NCBI GenBank assembly: GCA_965240325.2
Contig: OZ251242.1
Span: 744,001-808,000 of the forward strand
Direction: 5' to 3'
Length of the DNA stretch: 64,000 nt
Origin: Rebecca billardiae RCC1528
Taxonomy: Eukaryota; Protista; Haptophyta
Position numbers and translations under genes: made by a program. The notes under the pieces are model-generated. The model had not been told where the DNA came from, did no database searches, and saw only the letters and a list, made by a program, of their open reading frames with translations. Positions 12,475 to 22,894 of the stretch are shown here, in pieces (positions within the stretch are counted from its first letter, which is position 1; each line of letters starts with the position of its first letter).

Positions 12475-12622
12475 ACTAGCTGCCAAATGTCCAACTGGCT
12501 GATCAGCTCGGATCCGACCCGTCCGCGATCGTGCCATCGGCATCGGAATTACTACTAGTAGCTGCCAAACTGTGTCCAACTCTGGCTGATCAGCTCGGAT
12601 CCGACCCGTCCGCGATCGTGCC
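12475..12622 (+). repeat. Two ~62-bp direct repeats
   Basis: TAGCTGCCAAA..TGTCCAACT..GGCTGATCAGCTCGGATCCGACCCGTCCGCGATCGTGCC occurs twice. Confidence 0.85.
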
Positions 12623-14731
12623 GAGTGAGTCGTGCCGCGGAGCTCGGAGTACTGAAGGAGTCGGGTGTGACAGCAGGGTGCTTTAGCGCTGCGGCCCGTG
12701 CCAGCCAACGACCAGACGTACTCTGGCCACTTGACCCGTTGCACGGGTGAGTGACCGTACGCCCTGCCTAGTGCCTACCGCGCGCGCCGCGCGACCGGCG
12801 ACTCGGGGTGATGGAGAGCGGATGGCGACAGCAGCAGCAGTCCTCATGAAGACGATGAAACTGGCGGCACGGGTGCACGAGGTGGCAGGCGAAAGCGCGC
12901 CGACGAGACCGCATTTGACACACCTGAGCCGCACGCGCGTGCCGTCGCCGAGCCCGAGCGGCGTCAGCGCTGCAAACGCGCAACCGTACCGCGCGCGCCA
13001 CGACGGCGCGGCACTAGCTGATGCAGGCCGTACTGCCGGCACTGCTTCTGCGATCATGCGCCACGGTCGCAGCTGACTGCGTGAGCAGCAAGCGGGAGGC
13101 GGGTCCGGAGGCACGTGCAGGCGCCGTCCCGCATATCCGCCATCGCCCATCGTGCCGGGGCACGTCACCTCCGACGATCCGGATGTGGCCCAGTCCGGAC
13201 GTCACGCGATCCGGGAAGACGAGTACGATTCGCTCGTAACGAACCGTTACACTAATGTCACGTCCAGCTGACGTCCAGATCGCACTTTACTTAAGGGAAT
13301 CAGCTGGGCGCGCTTTTTTTTGGCCTGATAGACCTCTCAATGCGATCTCAAAAACTCGAAACTCGGTCTCCGCCAGCCCTAAAAATCGCCCCCCGTCCCT
13401 TTTTTTCCGCCGCCCCCCGTCCCTTTTTTCTTGATCAAAGATCTTTTTGAAACGTGGTTCGGGCCCGCTGGTGCGGGCTCCACGCTGCGCGCTCCGCCCT
13501 GCACCGCGGGCCATTATTCGATGCGCGCGCATGCATATATGATCCGAGCTGCGTGCGGCGCGCCCCCGCTGTCGCCGCTGCCCGCAGGCTCTGGTCACTG
13601 TCCGGGACGTCCAGCAGGGGTGCATTTAACCATTTGGGGGGGTCTGGGGGGGGCTCCCCCCAGCCCATCGAAGGACCAAATACGCCTCAATAGGGGCCCA
13701 ACTCGCCAGATTTGCATGGGCGCAGACTGCCGCAAATGCTGCGCTGAGCCTGAGGGCCGGAGCTGTGCAGCGGCGTCGATTGACAGCGTCAGCTGTGCGC
13801 CGCCTCGCGACGACCATGCGACGCCTCGCACAAAGCCCTGATCTCGGCGTCTCCCTCGCTAGTCAAGACGTAGCGTAGTGCTGGATCGAGCGACGCATTG
13901 ACCGCCGCCGCGGCCGCCGCACCTCGGCGCGCTCGCGAACTCGCTGAGCCGTCAGCCAAGCGCGAGCTCGTGCGCACGCCCGCGCCTCCGCGAGCTGACG
14001 GCGCGGCCCGGGGCGCGAGCAGCTCGACGCCGACAGCGCGCAGCTCGCTCGAGTTGACGCGCAGCGTCTCGCCCGGCGGCGACTCCCAGTGGCGGCAACC
14101 ATGACGTGCTTCGGGCAACGGCAATCCGTATGGCCAGGGCAAGCCAGGGTCACCGTGTACCTGCGCTCGTTGGGAGATGCGCGCGCATTGTCCCACCCAC
14201 GCGAGCGCGTCAGCGAGCCCGTCGTCATCGGATGGTCCTCTATCTGCTTGGCCAGCTGACGTCTCCGCGCGCCGGGCGCGGCTGCGACACCCGACATGGC
14301 CGCAGCTCACCGTTGGAGTCCGGGAACTTGAAAAAAAAAGTTCAGCACGATGGAGTCCTCCGTGTTCGACGTGACGACGCCTTCGAACACGTCGAGGCGT
14401 GAGAAGACGTCGATTACTTCGATGAGGACTACGTTACTTCGTCCGCCGCCCCGGAGATCTTTCGATTGGTACCCTCATCGCTTCCTGGCTCCCAGGGGTT
14501 CGACTAAATGCACCCCCCCCATAGGGTCAGTGGACGTCCCTGACTGTGGCTGGAGCCCGCACTGCTGCCGCACTGCGTGCCGCCTACCGCTGCTGGCGCC
14601 TGCTGGCGCGGGCATCGCGCCATGTCGTCGGGGGCGAAAACCAAAAAGGCGACGCAGCCTTGTCGCGATTGCATCCGTCGTTGTGCCCTGCTGGCCTTGA
14701 CAGTGACGACGCGGCTGTGAGACGACGCGGG

Positions 14732-15514
14732 TCATGCCGCATCGGCAGCTGGCGCCATGGCGCCCCGCTGTGGCTGGTGCGTGCGCTCTCGCCTTCGCTG
14801 CCTTTGCCGTCGCCCATGCCGGGCCCAACGCCCCTTCTGCTTGTCGGTGACGGACGATGCCCCTTCCGCCGGGATCGTGTCCTCCTCCTCGTCGTCCGAC
14901 TCCATCTCAGATCCGCCCTCCTCGTCAGAATCGGCCCCGTGGCCGGACCTGCCCCCCATGGGCACATCTGCCCTCCTCTTGTGCGCCCGTGCGCCGGCGG
15001 CCTCCGCGACGGCCTCCGCGGCCGTGCGCGAGCCCGCGCGCGCAGCACCGGCAGCTGCGCCGATTGGCCCGTGCATTGCACAGCCTGCCCCGTGCGGAGC
15101 GGGCGCGCTTGATGGAGTGCGGAGGTTGGTGCTGCCAGCGTGCGCGCGTACGAGTGCCTCGATCTCCGGGCTGGCGCGTGACAGCTCGAGCAGGAGCGCC
15201 TGAGCCTGTGAGTGCGAGAGGGTGCTCACAGCAGCCTGGACTGAGCGACACGCCCGCGCCGCCGCCGACAAGTCCGCCGGCTCGCCCACGTCCATGGGCT
15301 CAATACTAGGCTCAGGGCGCGTGGCCATGTCGGCGAGGCTCTCAATGCCGCCGCCGCAGAACGGGCAGCTGAGGCTGATGCTCGGCCGGGCTGCCGCCAA
15401 CGCGAGCATGCTGGCGCAGCCCGTACACAAGAGGTGCAAGCATGGCTGGATACGCTTCTCGTTGGGATCCGAGCGGCAGATGCCGCACACGTCGCGCAAC
15501 GGGCGGACGCTCAT
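14732..15514 (-). CDS. C3HC4 RING-finger protein with acidic low-complexity tail (3' end uncertain)
   Basis: CGIC...PCLHLLCTGC...CPFC; ATG at 15514. Confidence 0.7.
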   Translation of the reverse strand: MSVRPLRDVCGICRSDPNEKRIQPCLHLLCTGCASMLALAAARPSISLSCPFCGGGIESLADMATRPEPSIEPMDVGEPADLSAAARACRSVQAAVSTLSHSQAQALLLELSRASPEIEALVRAHAGSTNLRTPSSAPAPHGAGCAMHGPIGAAAGAARAGSRTAAEAVAEAAGARAHKRRADVPMGGRSGHGADSDEEGGSEMESDDEEEDTIPAEGASSVTDKQKGRWARHGRRQRQRRRERTHQPQRGAMAPAADAA

Positions 15515-15610
15515 GATGCGTGCGTCATGTGTGAGCCGCCACACATGTGTGGCATGGTGGTCTTTCCGGCACGACTCTTCCGCATCACTTGATTCTCGCG
15601 CATCACAACG

Positions 15611-16339
15611 ATGGCGGCGACGACGCCGCTCCTCCTCTTCTCCCTGGCCTCATTGAAGCCAGGGCTGCCGCGCAGCGCGTTCACGCGCTCCGCCGCCTCT
15701 TTCATCGCGGGAACGGCTCTGGTCTCGGCGCAGCCGCGCCCAGCGCCGGCCGACACGAACGCGGCGCTCGCAGACGTGCGCGTGGGCATGCGTCAGTTCC
15801 GCACGGGCGATGTTGCCGGCTCGATCGAGGCGTTCGACCGTGCGCTGCAGGCGGAGCCGGCGCTCGATCCGTACCTCTGGCAGCGGGGGATCAGCCTCTA
15901 CTATGCCGGGCGCTACGCGGACGCCGCCGCCCAGTTCGCGCGCGACGTCGCCGTCAACCCGAACGACACGGAGGAAGCTGTTTGGAACCTTCTTGCGCGC
16001 TCAAGAGTCGAGCCCGGTGGCCTCCGCGCTGCACGGCAGGACGTGCTCAAAATCGGACCGGACCGGCGCGCGGTGATGGGCACCGTGCTCGCGGCGTTCA
16101 CGGGGGACGACGCCGCCGTCGCGCGCCTCGAGCAGATCGCAGCGGGCACTTCAGCTGGCGAAGCCTACTATGCTGCTCTGTACCGGGCGCTGTTCGCGGA
16201 AGCGACCGGCGACGCAGCGGGCGCGCGTGAGTGGATGGCGCGTGCCCTCGAGGGGCCGTACGCGATGTCGCCAGGCGGGCAGGCTGACTACATGGTCTCT
16301 GTCGCCCAGGTGCACACGGCGCTTCGACTTGCAGCTTAG
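15611..16339 (+). CDS. TPR protein (NlpI-like), probably signal/plastid targeted
   Basis: Hydrophobic N-terminus; DPYLWQRGISLYYAGRY, DVAVNPNDTEEAVW. Confidence 0.85.
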   Translation: MAATTPLLLFSLASLKPGLPRSAFTRSAASFIAGTALVSAQPRPAPADTNAALADVRVGMRQFRTGDVAGSIEAFDRALQAEPALDPYLWQRGISLYYAGRYADAAAQFARDVAVNPNDTEEAVWNLLARSRVEPGGLRAARQDVLKIGPDRRAVMGTVLAAFTGDDAAVARLEQIAAGTSAGEAYYAALYRALFAEATGDAAGAREWMARALEGPYAMSPGGQADYMVSVAQVHTALRLAA

Positions 16340-16608
16340 CGATGCCGGCCGGCGTGGATTCTATTTCTACGCGGACAATTTGGCGCCCGTGATGCGCCGC
16401 CGCCGCCGCCGAGGCCGACGTCGCCGACGAATCGGCTGTGCTGCCAGTGTCAGCCAGCGGTGCCAATTGCCCGCAGTGGCAGTGCGTGACACGTCTGCAT
16501 ACCTTTCTGACCCGATCATATACATACATACAACTGCGCGTCTAATCCGCGACGACTATGAGTGTCCCGTCAGTCATGCAGTGACGACCGAGCACTGGCT
16601 ACTCTGGC

Positions 16609-17370
16609 TCAGGTCGGCATCCGAAACCGCGGTGGCGGCGACGATTCGCGCCTCGAAGCAGAGACACGAGCGCCTTCCATATGCCGCAGGAGTGCGCGCT
16701 CGTCGGCCGACGATGCATCGCCATCATGCTCAGCACCTCGAGTACTTGTCAGCTCAGCGATAGAGTCTGCTTTGGGTGCACCTGCAGGGGCAGCCGCTTG
16801 AGCGCGGCCCATGTGGCGATATCGGATGAGCGTGGGCTGGGCCGCGTGCTCACGACGAACGCGCTCCATGAGCTCGAACTCAGACGCCAGCGCATCGACT
16901 CTCCCGCCGAGCAGCTGCACGCTGTCACGGCTGAGCAGCAGGTGGCCCTGCACAATGGCCGCCGAGATGATTCGAAGCTTCACACCCGGCACAAGCGGCA
17001 TGCTCAGCTGCTCCAGGGGCTCGTGCTCGAGGGCGATGGCCTCCGCGTGGCCGTCGGTCAGCACCAGCCTGAGCAGGCGCCCTGCTCGTGGCGTCCTCTC
17101 AGAGGCGTCAGACTGACCTGCACGGCCGGCGGACTCATCGCCCTCGGGTACGCTCACATCCCTCGCGCTCACAAGCTGTAGCACAATCGCCGTGCGCAGC
17201 TGCGGAGGCACGATGGCGCCGCGCAGAACGGGCGCGCCAGTCTGACGCAGGTCGCTGTTCATCGCAAGCTCTGCCACGGGGCGCCCTGCCGCGCGAGCCG
17301 CGGCTCGGACGCGCTCGGCGCCATCGGGGCTCAATGCCAGGCCGCACAGCTCGTCCCGCGCGTCCGCCAT
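16609..17370 (-). CDS. RMI1_N/TDRD3-type OB-fold protein
   Basis: SDLRQTG, VLQLVSARDVS, RLLRLVLTDG, ALEHEPL, PGVKLRI, GHLLL...VQLLGGRVDAL. Confidence 0.85.
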   Translation of the reverse strand: MADARDELCGLALSPDGAERVRAAARAAGRPVAELAMNSDLRQTGAPVLRGAIVPPQLRTAIVLQLVSARDVSVPEGDESAGRAGQSDASERTPRAGRLLRLVLTDGHAEAIALEHEPLEQLSMPLVPGVKLRIISAAIVQGHLLLSRDSVQLLGGRVDALASEFELMERVRREHAAQPTLIRYRHMGRAQAAAPAGAPKADSIAELTSTRGAEHDGDASSADERALLRHMEGARVSASRRESSPPPRFRMPT

Positions 17371-17463
17371 CGTGCATACGTTACACGGTTACATCCGGCT
17401 GTTTCTTGTTCGTCGTGACGCCCGGACGTGTGAAGGAAGCGCATGGCCTAGCCTCTCCAACCG

Positions 17464-18513
17464 ATGATGCAGTTGGGCGGAGGCGCAGTGGGAGGCACGC
17501 AGATGGCGCGCCCACCAGGCGCGTCATACGCGCAGCGGCCCGCGTACGCCCGCGGCCCTGAGCGGGCCGCGCCCACGCTCGGTCCCGTCACCCGCGGTGG
17601 CGCGAGCCGTCGAGCACTGGTGCGGCCATCGCTGCAAGGGCCACGGCGCGCGCACCGCGTGCCGGCGCTCGAGGAGGGCGCGCGCGCGCAGCAGCGCAAC
17701 GAGCCAGCCGACTGGCCACCGGGACCATCGGCCCAACCGGCGCCCATGCCATCCGCGTCGGCGGCGTCCGGCGGGCGCGCGCCCGCCGCGCAGCCGCCCG
17801 AATCTCCGACGGCCAAAGCGGCCGTGCGGCGCCTCCCTCCCCCTGGCAGCGAGACGCGGGGCATCCCGCGCGTCGACCCCACCGAGCTGCGCGCGCGGCT
17901 CAAGGAGCACGCGCACGCGCTCATTGAGGAGGTGCAGTCCTCCTTCCAGCTCCCACCGCACGAGCACGAGAATTTCCAAACTCAACTTGTGATTAATTCC
18001 GAGCTGGCCGCGGCTGTGGATCAGATGGTCGCGCGGATGCACAGCGCGCTGCGCGCGCGGGGGATGGAGCCTGAGGCCGTGGTCGATCTCGGGGGGCACG
18101 GCCTCGTCTCCGACGACGTGGTGCGCGTGGCGCTGGAGTACGCGCGCGTCGCAAACCTCGCCGATCCAAGTGATCTGCTGAGGCGGCACAACACTCGAGG
18201 CGGGATGCCTGTCAGGCGCGGCGCGGGCGCGGCCGCTCAGCAGGCACGCAGGCGCACGCAGCCGCGGCCCGGCGGAGCAGACGGCAGCGGCGCTGACGCG
18301 CGCGCTGGCGCTGAGCAACCACCCCAAGGGATGACGCCCGTGCTCGTGCTTGAGCGGCCTCCACCCGATGACAGGCCTGGACCCGCCGCGGCACCACTCG
18401 GACCACGACAGCCCGCACCGCCGCAGCGGCGGGACAGCAGGCCGCTCGCAGAGCGCGCACACGGGGCGCACATTGGCGCGCAACGCCCCCCGGACAATCG
18501 GATAATCCGATGA
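17464..18513 (+). CDS. Hypothetical Pro/Ala-rich protein with a small helical core
   Basis: 349-aa ORF divergent from the RMI1-like gene, coding-like codon pattern, AT-rich 3' flank; no family recognised. Confidence 0.6.
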   Translation: MMQLGGGAVGGTQMARPPGASYAQRPAYARGPERAAPTLGPVTRGGASRRALVRPSLQGPRRAHRVPALEEGARAQQRNEPADWPPGPSAQPAPMPSASAASGGRAPAAQPPESPTAKAAVRRLPPPGSETRGIPRVDPTELRARLKEHAHALIEEVQSSFQLPPHEHENFQTQLVINSELAAAVDQMVARMHSALRARGMEPEAVVDLGGHGLVSDDVVRVALEYARVANLADPSDLLRRHNTRGGMPVRRGAGAAAQQARRRTQPRPGGADGSGADARAGAEQPPQGMTPVLVLERPPPDDRPGPAAAPLGPRQPAPPQRRDSRPLAERAHGAHIGAQRPPDNRIIR

Positions 18514-18743
18514 TATTGATCATAATTGGGCGGAATATGTTTAATAACGATGACGTGGCATGCAATGCGGGGCGGGAAAATATATATATATAATTTATTA
18601 TAATATATATATATATTAATAACGACGTGACGTATGCAAGATTGGCAACGGGCCGAGGCGTCAGATTCTCGGTCTTCGAGCAAGCTGAGTAGTTAGCAGC
18701 AGATCGAGCAGCATTAAGAGATGACATCAAACACCAGGATCAG

Positions 18744-18745
<2 letters not shown>

Positions 18746-18829
<84 letters not shown>
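18746..18829. repeat. (AT)n microsatellite
   Basis: About 42 AT units. Confidence 0.98.
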
Positions 18830-18833
<4 letters not shown>

Positions 18834-18907
18834 TAACTGCTACTACAATATAGTAGCCGGCCGGCGTCGGGCGGCCGACCACCACCGAGTGAATTAATAT
18901 ATATATA

Positions 18908-20878
18908 TGATTAAACTTTTCTGAGGATAGCGCACCAGCAAAATCCCTTGACCGCCATCCGGATTTTACGGAGGCCGCGTTTGGACGCAGAAACGCGCGA
19001 TGGCGAGGCCCGCCCTCGCACCACCGCTCTCGCGAGATCGCGACCGTGCGACCTGCGGCGTTGCGCTCGACGCGCTCTTTCTGCTCGGAGGCCGCGAGGA
19101 CTCCCAGGTGCGCCAGCTCGCGAGCGCGCACCTTCCTCCTCGCCGCGCTCGCCGAGCACAAGCCGATCTGCAGCAGATGTGCAAGGAGCCGCATGTGGCC
19201 TTCCTCGCGCGCGCGGCACGGCTGCACACGAAAATCGTTAGAGGGCACTTCTCCGCGCATTCTACATTTTGGGGAAAGAACGCCTGAACTGCACAGAAAG
19301 TGCCCTCTAACGCTTCCGCTCCTCGCCGTTGCGTGCACGCGCAAAGGAGCACTGCAAAGGGTGCGACTGGGAGCATTCCTTCTCCCGGGCGGCCACCACG
19401 GCCTCGGAGGTGGTGAGGAACGCGTCGGCGACCACGGCATGGACCACCTCCGTCGCGCCGGACACTCCGGTCGCCCCTCGCCGGACTCCATCCTCGCTGC
19501 GCGCTGACCGTTTGCCGAGCGGGCTGCCCCCGCCGCCTGCCCGGCGTGTGCCCGCGTGGTGACACAAGATGGTCGAAGGCGTGGCAGCGCGGTGGTGCGT
19601 GCGATCGGGGGACCCCACCTGAGCTACGACACGGGCGCGCGCGCTCATCCGTGCTCATCACGGTGGTGCACGCGCGCGTCGCGCGCTCGTCGGCTGTCGC
19701 GCGCTGACGGCTGGGCTGCTTTGGGGTGTCGGCGGCGGCCACAGCTCGCTGGTACGGGCGCGATGGTGGCTGCGAGTGGTACGCGGCGTTGCACCAGGTC
19801 CATGTGCGTCACGCACGACGCTCGGCCGGCTCGCCCTCGGACCATTGGCTGAGTTCTACTCGCTGCGCGCGCCGCGCGCGGGAGCCGCTCGGCAGCTGCT
19901 CGAGGCGCAAAGTGCGCCCCGCGCGCTGAACGTGGGCACGACGAGGTGGTGCGGCGAGCGTGCGCGGGTGTGTGTGCGTGATGGGCACCCCCATTGCGCT
20001 ACTTGCCATGCACATCTGCCTCTCGCCAAGCCTTCGACACGATTGCTGCAAGCGCTGCTCGGAGGCGCGCTCGCGGGCTCGCGCGCGTTTGAATCTGGGC
20101 TCGGCGGCGATCGCGTGGACGAGGAGCAGCGCGGTGCACGGTGGCGGAGCGCGTGCGGAGCGCAGCCTACACCTCCTACACGCTCAATCCAGACACATCG
20201 CGCATGCTCGCGCGACCTCCTCGGTCCATCACGTGCGCGTGCGCGCGCGAGCAGGTGTGCATTCGCCGGGCGCGTTCACGGCGCGCCGCGTTGGCGCGCG
20301 CGCACCGATACCCGTGCGCAGCTCGACGAGCGAGCGCGGTGTGTTTCGATGCGTATGGGGAGGCTCGAATTTACGCGCGCGCACGCGCCGGCCCTCGCCG
20401 CCCCTTCGCTCGCCCACGCCTCATCTGCGCGCTCGGCGTTTGCACGCAGCTGCTCATCCTTTCCAACACGTGCACAAACGAGCAGATAGCGCTGGGCGAG
20501 GTCGATTGGTGCGTCAGATATTCGGCAACGACCAGCCCCGCTCGTGTGCCGCCGCTCGTGCTACTCTTGACGACCACCTCTGGCTCGGTCGCGCGCACGA
20601 GGCTGCTCGCGGGCCCAATCGTGCCGTGTACCGTCAAGCTGTACCGTGCGCAGCGAGGCGCACTCAGACGTCCGCATGGGCTCGCATGCGAGGGCCCGGC
20701 AGTGCGACGCGTCGATGGAGCATGCTCCGGATACGCTTCGGCGCACTTTCCGACGCGCACGAGCCGCTCGAAGGCGCGGAAGGGCGCCCAAACGGGGCAA
20801 CCGCCATTTTGCGCCACTTCGGCCCGGATGGCGGTCAAGGGAAATTGCTGGTGCGCTATCCTCAGAAAAGTTTAATCA
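18908..20878. mobile_element. Non-autonomous TIR element (1971 bp, ~55-bp TIRs) inserted in (TA)n
   Basis: TGATTAAACTTTTCTGAGGATAGCGCACCAGCAA..TCCCTTGACCGCCATCCGG at the left end and its reverse complement ending at 20878; TA repeats on both flanks; no transposase ORF. Confidence 0.9.
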
Positions 20879-21135
20879 TATATATTATATATATATATAT
20901 ATATATATTCTATATATGTGTCTGCTGCACCGTCTTAGGAGCCTGACGCTACTTGCCCGTTGCATACCACGTCGTTATATATATATATATATATTATTTA
21001 ATAATAGATGTCAATGATGCTGACCGGAGCAGACGACGCATCAGCAGCGTCAATGCATGCTGAGGTGTAGCCTGGGACTCATGGAGATCCAGCAGCAGCA
21101 GTAGTCCTCATGCTGGCAATCGTGCCGGCACTGAG

Positions 21136-22734
21136 TCAGGCGGCAGCACTGGTCCCAAGGCCAAGGCTTCGGGCGGCGGCGGCAGGCGTGGCGGTGGTGG
21201 GCGAGGCTGATGATGATAATGATGACGGTGACGTTCCTTCAGGAAAGCGCCGTCGAGGCAGCTGCGAGTTGGGTCGGTGGGCATACATGTCGTCGGCGAC
21301 CGCGCACGGCGGGCGCAAGTGCTCTAAAATGTCGCGCGGCATGCCGTCGCCTGCGTGGTCGCTGAGCAACGCAATTCCCGGCGCGTTCGCTTGTGTTGCA
21401 TCCGCTTGGCCATCGGCGTGGCGTACATCGCCTCGCGCGTGGCGCGCGTACCTGCTCGCGTCACTGGAGCGCATGATCAACGCCGCGGCCTGCACCGCGC
21501 GCGAGACGCCTCTGCCGCCCGCGCATCCCAGGGGCGATGGCCATGCAGCTTGTGTGGCGTCAAAGCGCGGCTGGTCCCACATGCAGATCTGCCACACGCC
21601 CGCGACGGCGCGTGACTCCCAGGCGAAGCGGAGGAGCGCCCCATTCTGCTCGGTGAACGCGCGCGTGTACGCAAGCCCGGCGATCTTGTGCGCCGCCTCG
21701 TCGTTGAGCTGCTCCGCCGTGCCGTGCAGCGTGTCGCGCAGCAGGTTGGCTGTGTTGAGCGGCATTATCATCTGCCCGAGCTGCACGCTGGCGTTGCGAC
21801 GGCCGGCGTCGGCGAGGCCGAGCGCGATGCAGCGCACGAGGTCGAAGTCGAAGGCCGTGCGCGTCGAGCCACTGTTGCGCGCGTGGTTCACCGCGCACGC
21901 GTACTCCACCGCGTTGATCGCGCCGCCCTTCTCGATCGCGCGCGCGAGCCGGTGCTCTCCAAAGACCTTGGCACTGCGCAGCGTCTGCAGCAGGAGCAGG
22001 CCCGGCGCGACGGTGAGCAGCTCGCGCAGCAGGTAGGGGTAGGGCGAATCGAGCGCGGCGACGATGCCGCTTACGGCCAGCGCGCGAATCGCCTCGCGAA
22101 GCTGGCTCAGCCAGGAGCCCGGCTGCGCGCACGCCGGCCGGCGACACCCGGCCTTGCTGAGCGCGGAGCACTCTGCACACTGGCGCAAGATGCGCCACAG
22201 CACGACGAGCTTGTCGTGCGGCGCGCGCTGTGCGGGCGAGAGGTTGCACGCGAGGTGGAAGTGCACCGCGGGGACCCCGGCCTTGCACAGCCCCTCGTAC
22301 AGCCCGTGCGTGGCAGTCGTGCCAAAGCCGATGTTTGCAATGCGCAGCGTTGGCCGCTCTGCGCGCGTGAGCCCGCGGATCACGGGCGCGCGCCTGAGGT
22401 CGTCACCTGAGTCGGGGCCGCCCGCGCCGCGAGGGAGCGTCTTGACGACAGAGCCGACATTTACTGCGCTCGAGCAGTTCGAAGGTGGGTGGACGAGCAC
22501 GTCGAAGCGCACGTTTGCTGGCCAACCGTCGTACGCGCGAACGCCGTGTGTCGGTGCCTGCTCGCCCTTCACGGTCAGCGCAAACGAGCACGGCGACGTC
22601 ATCGTGCGCATGGGCTTGCGCGCGCAGTCCACAGGGCCCCGTTTGAGCACTGCGTCGTCGATCATCATGCCGAACTGCGCGCTGAGGGCGGTCCTGATGA
22701 CGGCCAGCGCGACGAAGGACGTGCAGCTGCGCAT
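21136..22734 (-). CDS. Secreted P-loop sulfotransferase-like protein (Sulfotransfer_4-like)
   Basis: Signal-like MRSCTSFVALAVIRTALSA at 22734; IANIGFGTTATHGLYEGLCKAG..H and DSPYPYLLRELL..P...LQTLR match the family pattern; C-terminal extent uncertain. Confidence 0.65.
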   Translation of the reverse strand: MRSCTSFVALAVIRTALSAQFGMMIDDAVLKRGPVDCARKPMRTMTSPCSFALTVKGEQAPTHGVRAYDGWPANVRFDVLVHPPSNCSSAVNVGSVVKTLPRGAGGPDSGDDLRRAPVIRGLTRAERPTLRIANIGFGTTATHGLYEGLCKAGVPAVHFHLACNLSPAQRAPHDKLVVLWRILRQCAECSALSKAGCRRPACAQPGSWLSQLREAIRALAVSGIVAALDSPYPYLLRELLTVAPGLLLLQTLRSAKVFGEHRLARAIEKGGAINAVEYACAVNHARNSGSTRTAFDFDLVRCIALGLADAGRRNASVQLGQMIMPLNTANLLRDTLHGTAEQLNDEAAHKIAGLAYTRAFTEQNGALLRFAWESRAVAGVWQICMWDQPRFDATQAAWPSPLGCAGGRGVSRAVQAAALIMRSSDASRYARHARGDVRHADGQADATQANAPGIALLSDHAGDGMPRDILEHLRPPCAVADDMYAHRPNSQLPRRRFPEGTSPSSLSSSASPTTATPAAAARSLGLGTSAAA

Positions 22735-22832
22735 GGCTGCCGTGTGCCGACGAAGCCCATGCATCATCATGCATGGGAAGAGTCCGGGAGGCATTTGGGA
22801 ATTGGGACGACGACATTGCATGCGCGCGTTCG

Positions 22833-22880
22833 TACAGTTTACTAAGAATAAGAGACGCACACAGCTCAGGCAGGCGAGAT
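22833..22880 (+). repeat. Dispersed 48-nt unit, copy 1
   Basis: TACAGTTTACTAAGAATAAGAGACGCACACAGCTCAGGCAGGCGAGAT, ending 14 nt before ATG 22895. Confidence 0.95.
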
Positions 22881-22894
22881 AGCTCCAGGGAGCA

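Noticed and set aside
13291-14345. TTAA-flanked (Kolobok/piggyBac-like) element end with short direct repeats at 13387-13429
   Set aside because: No matching second terminus or transposase found in the window
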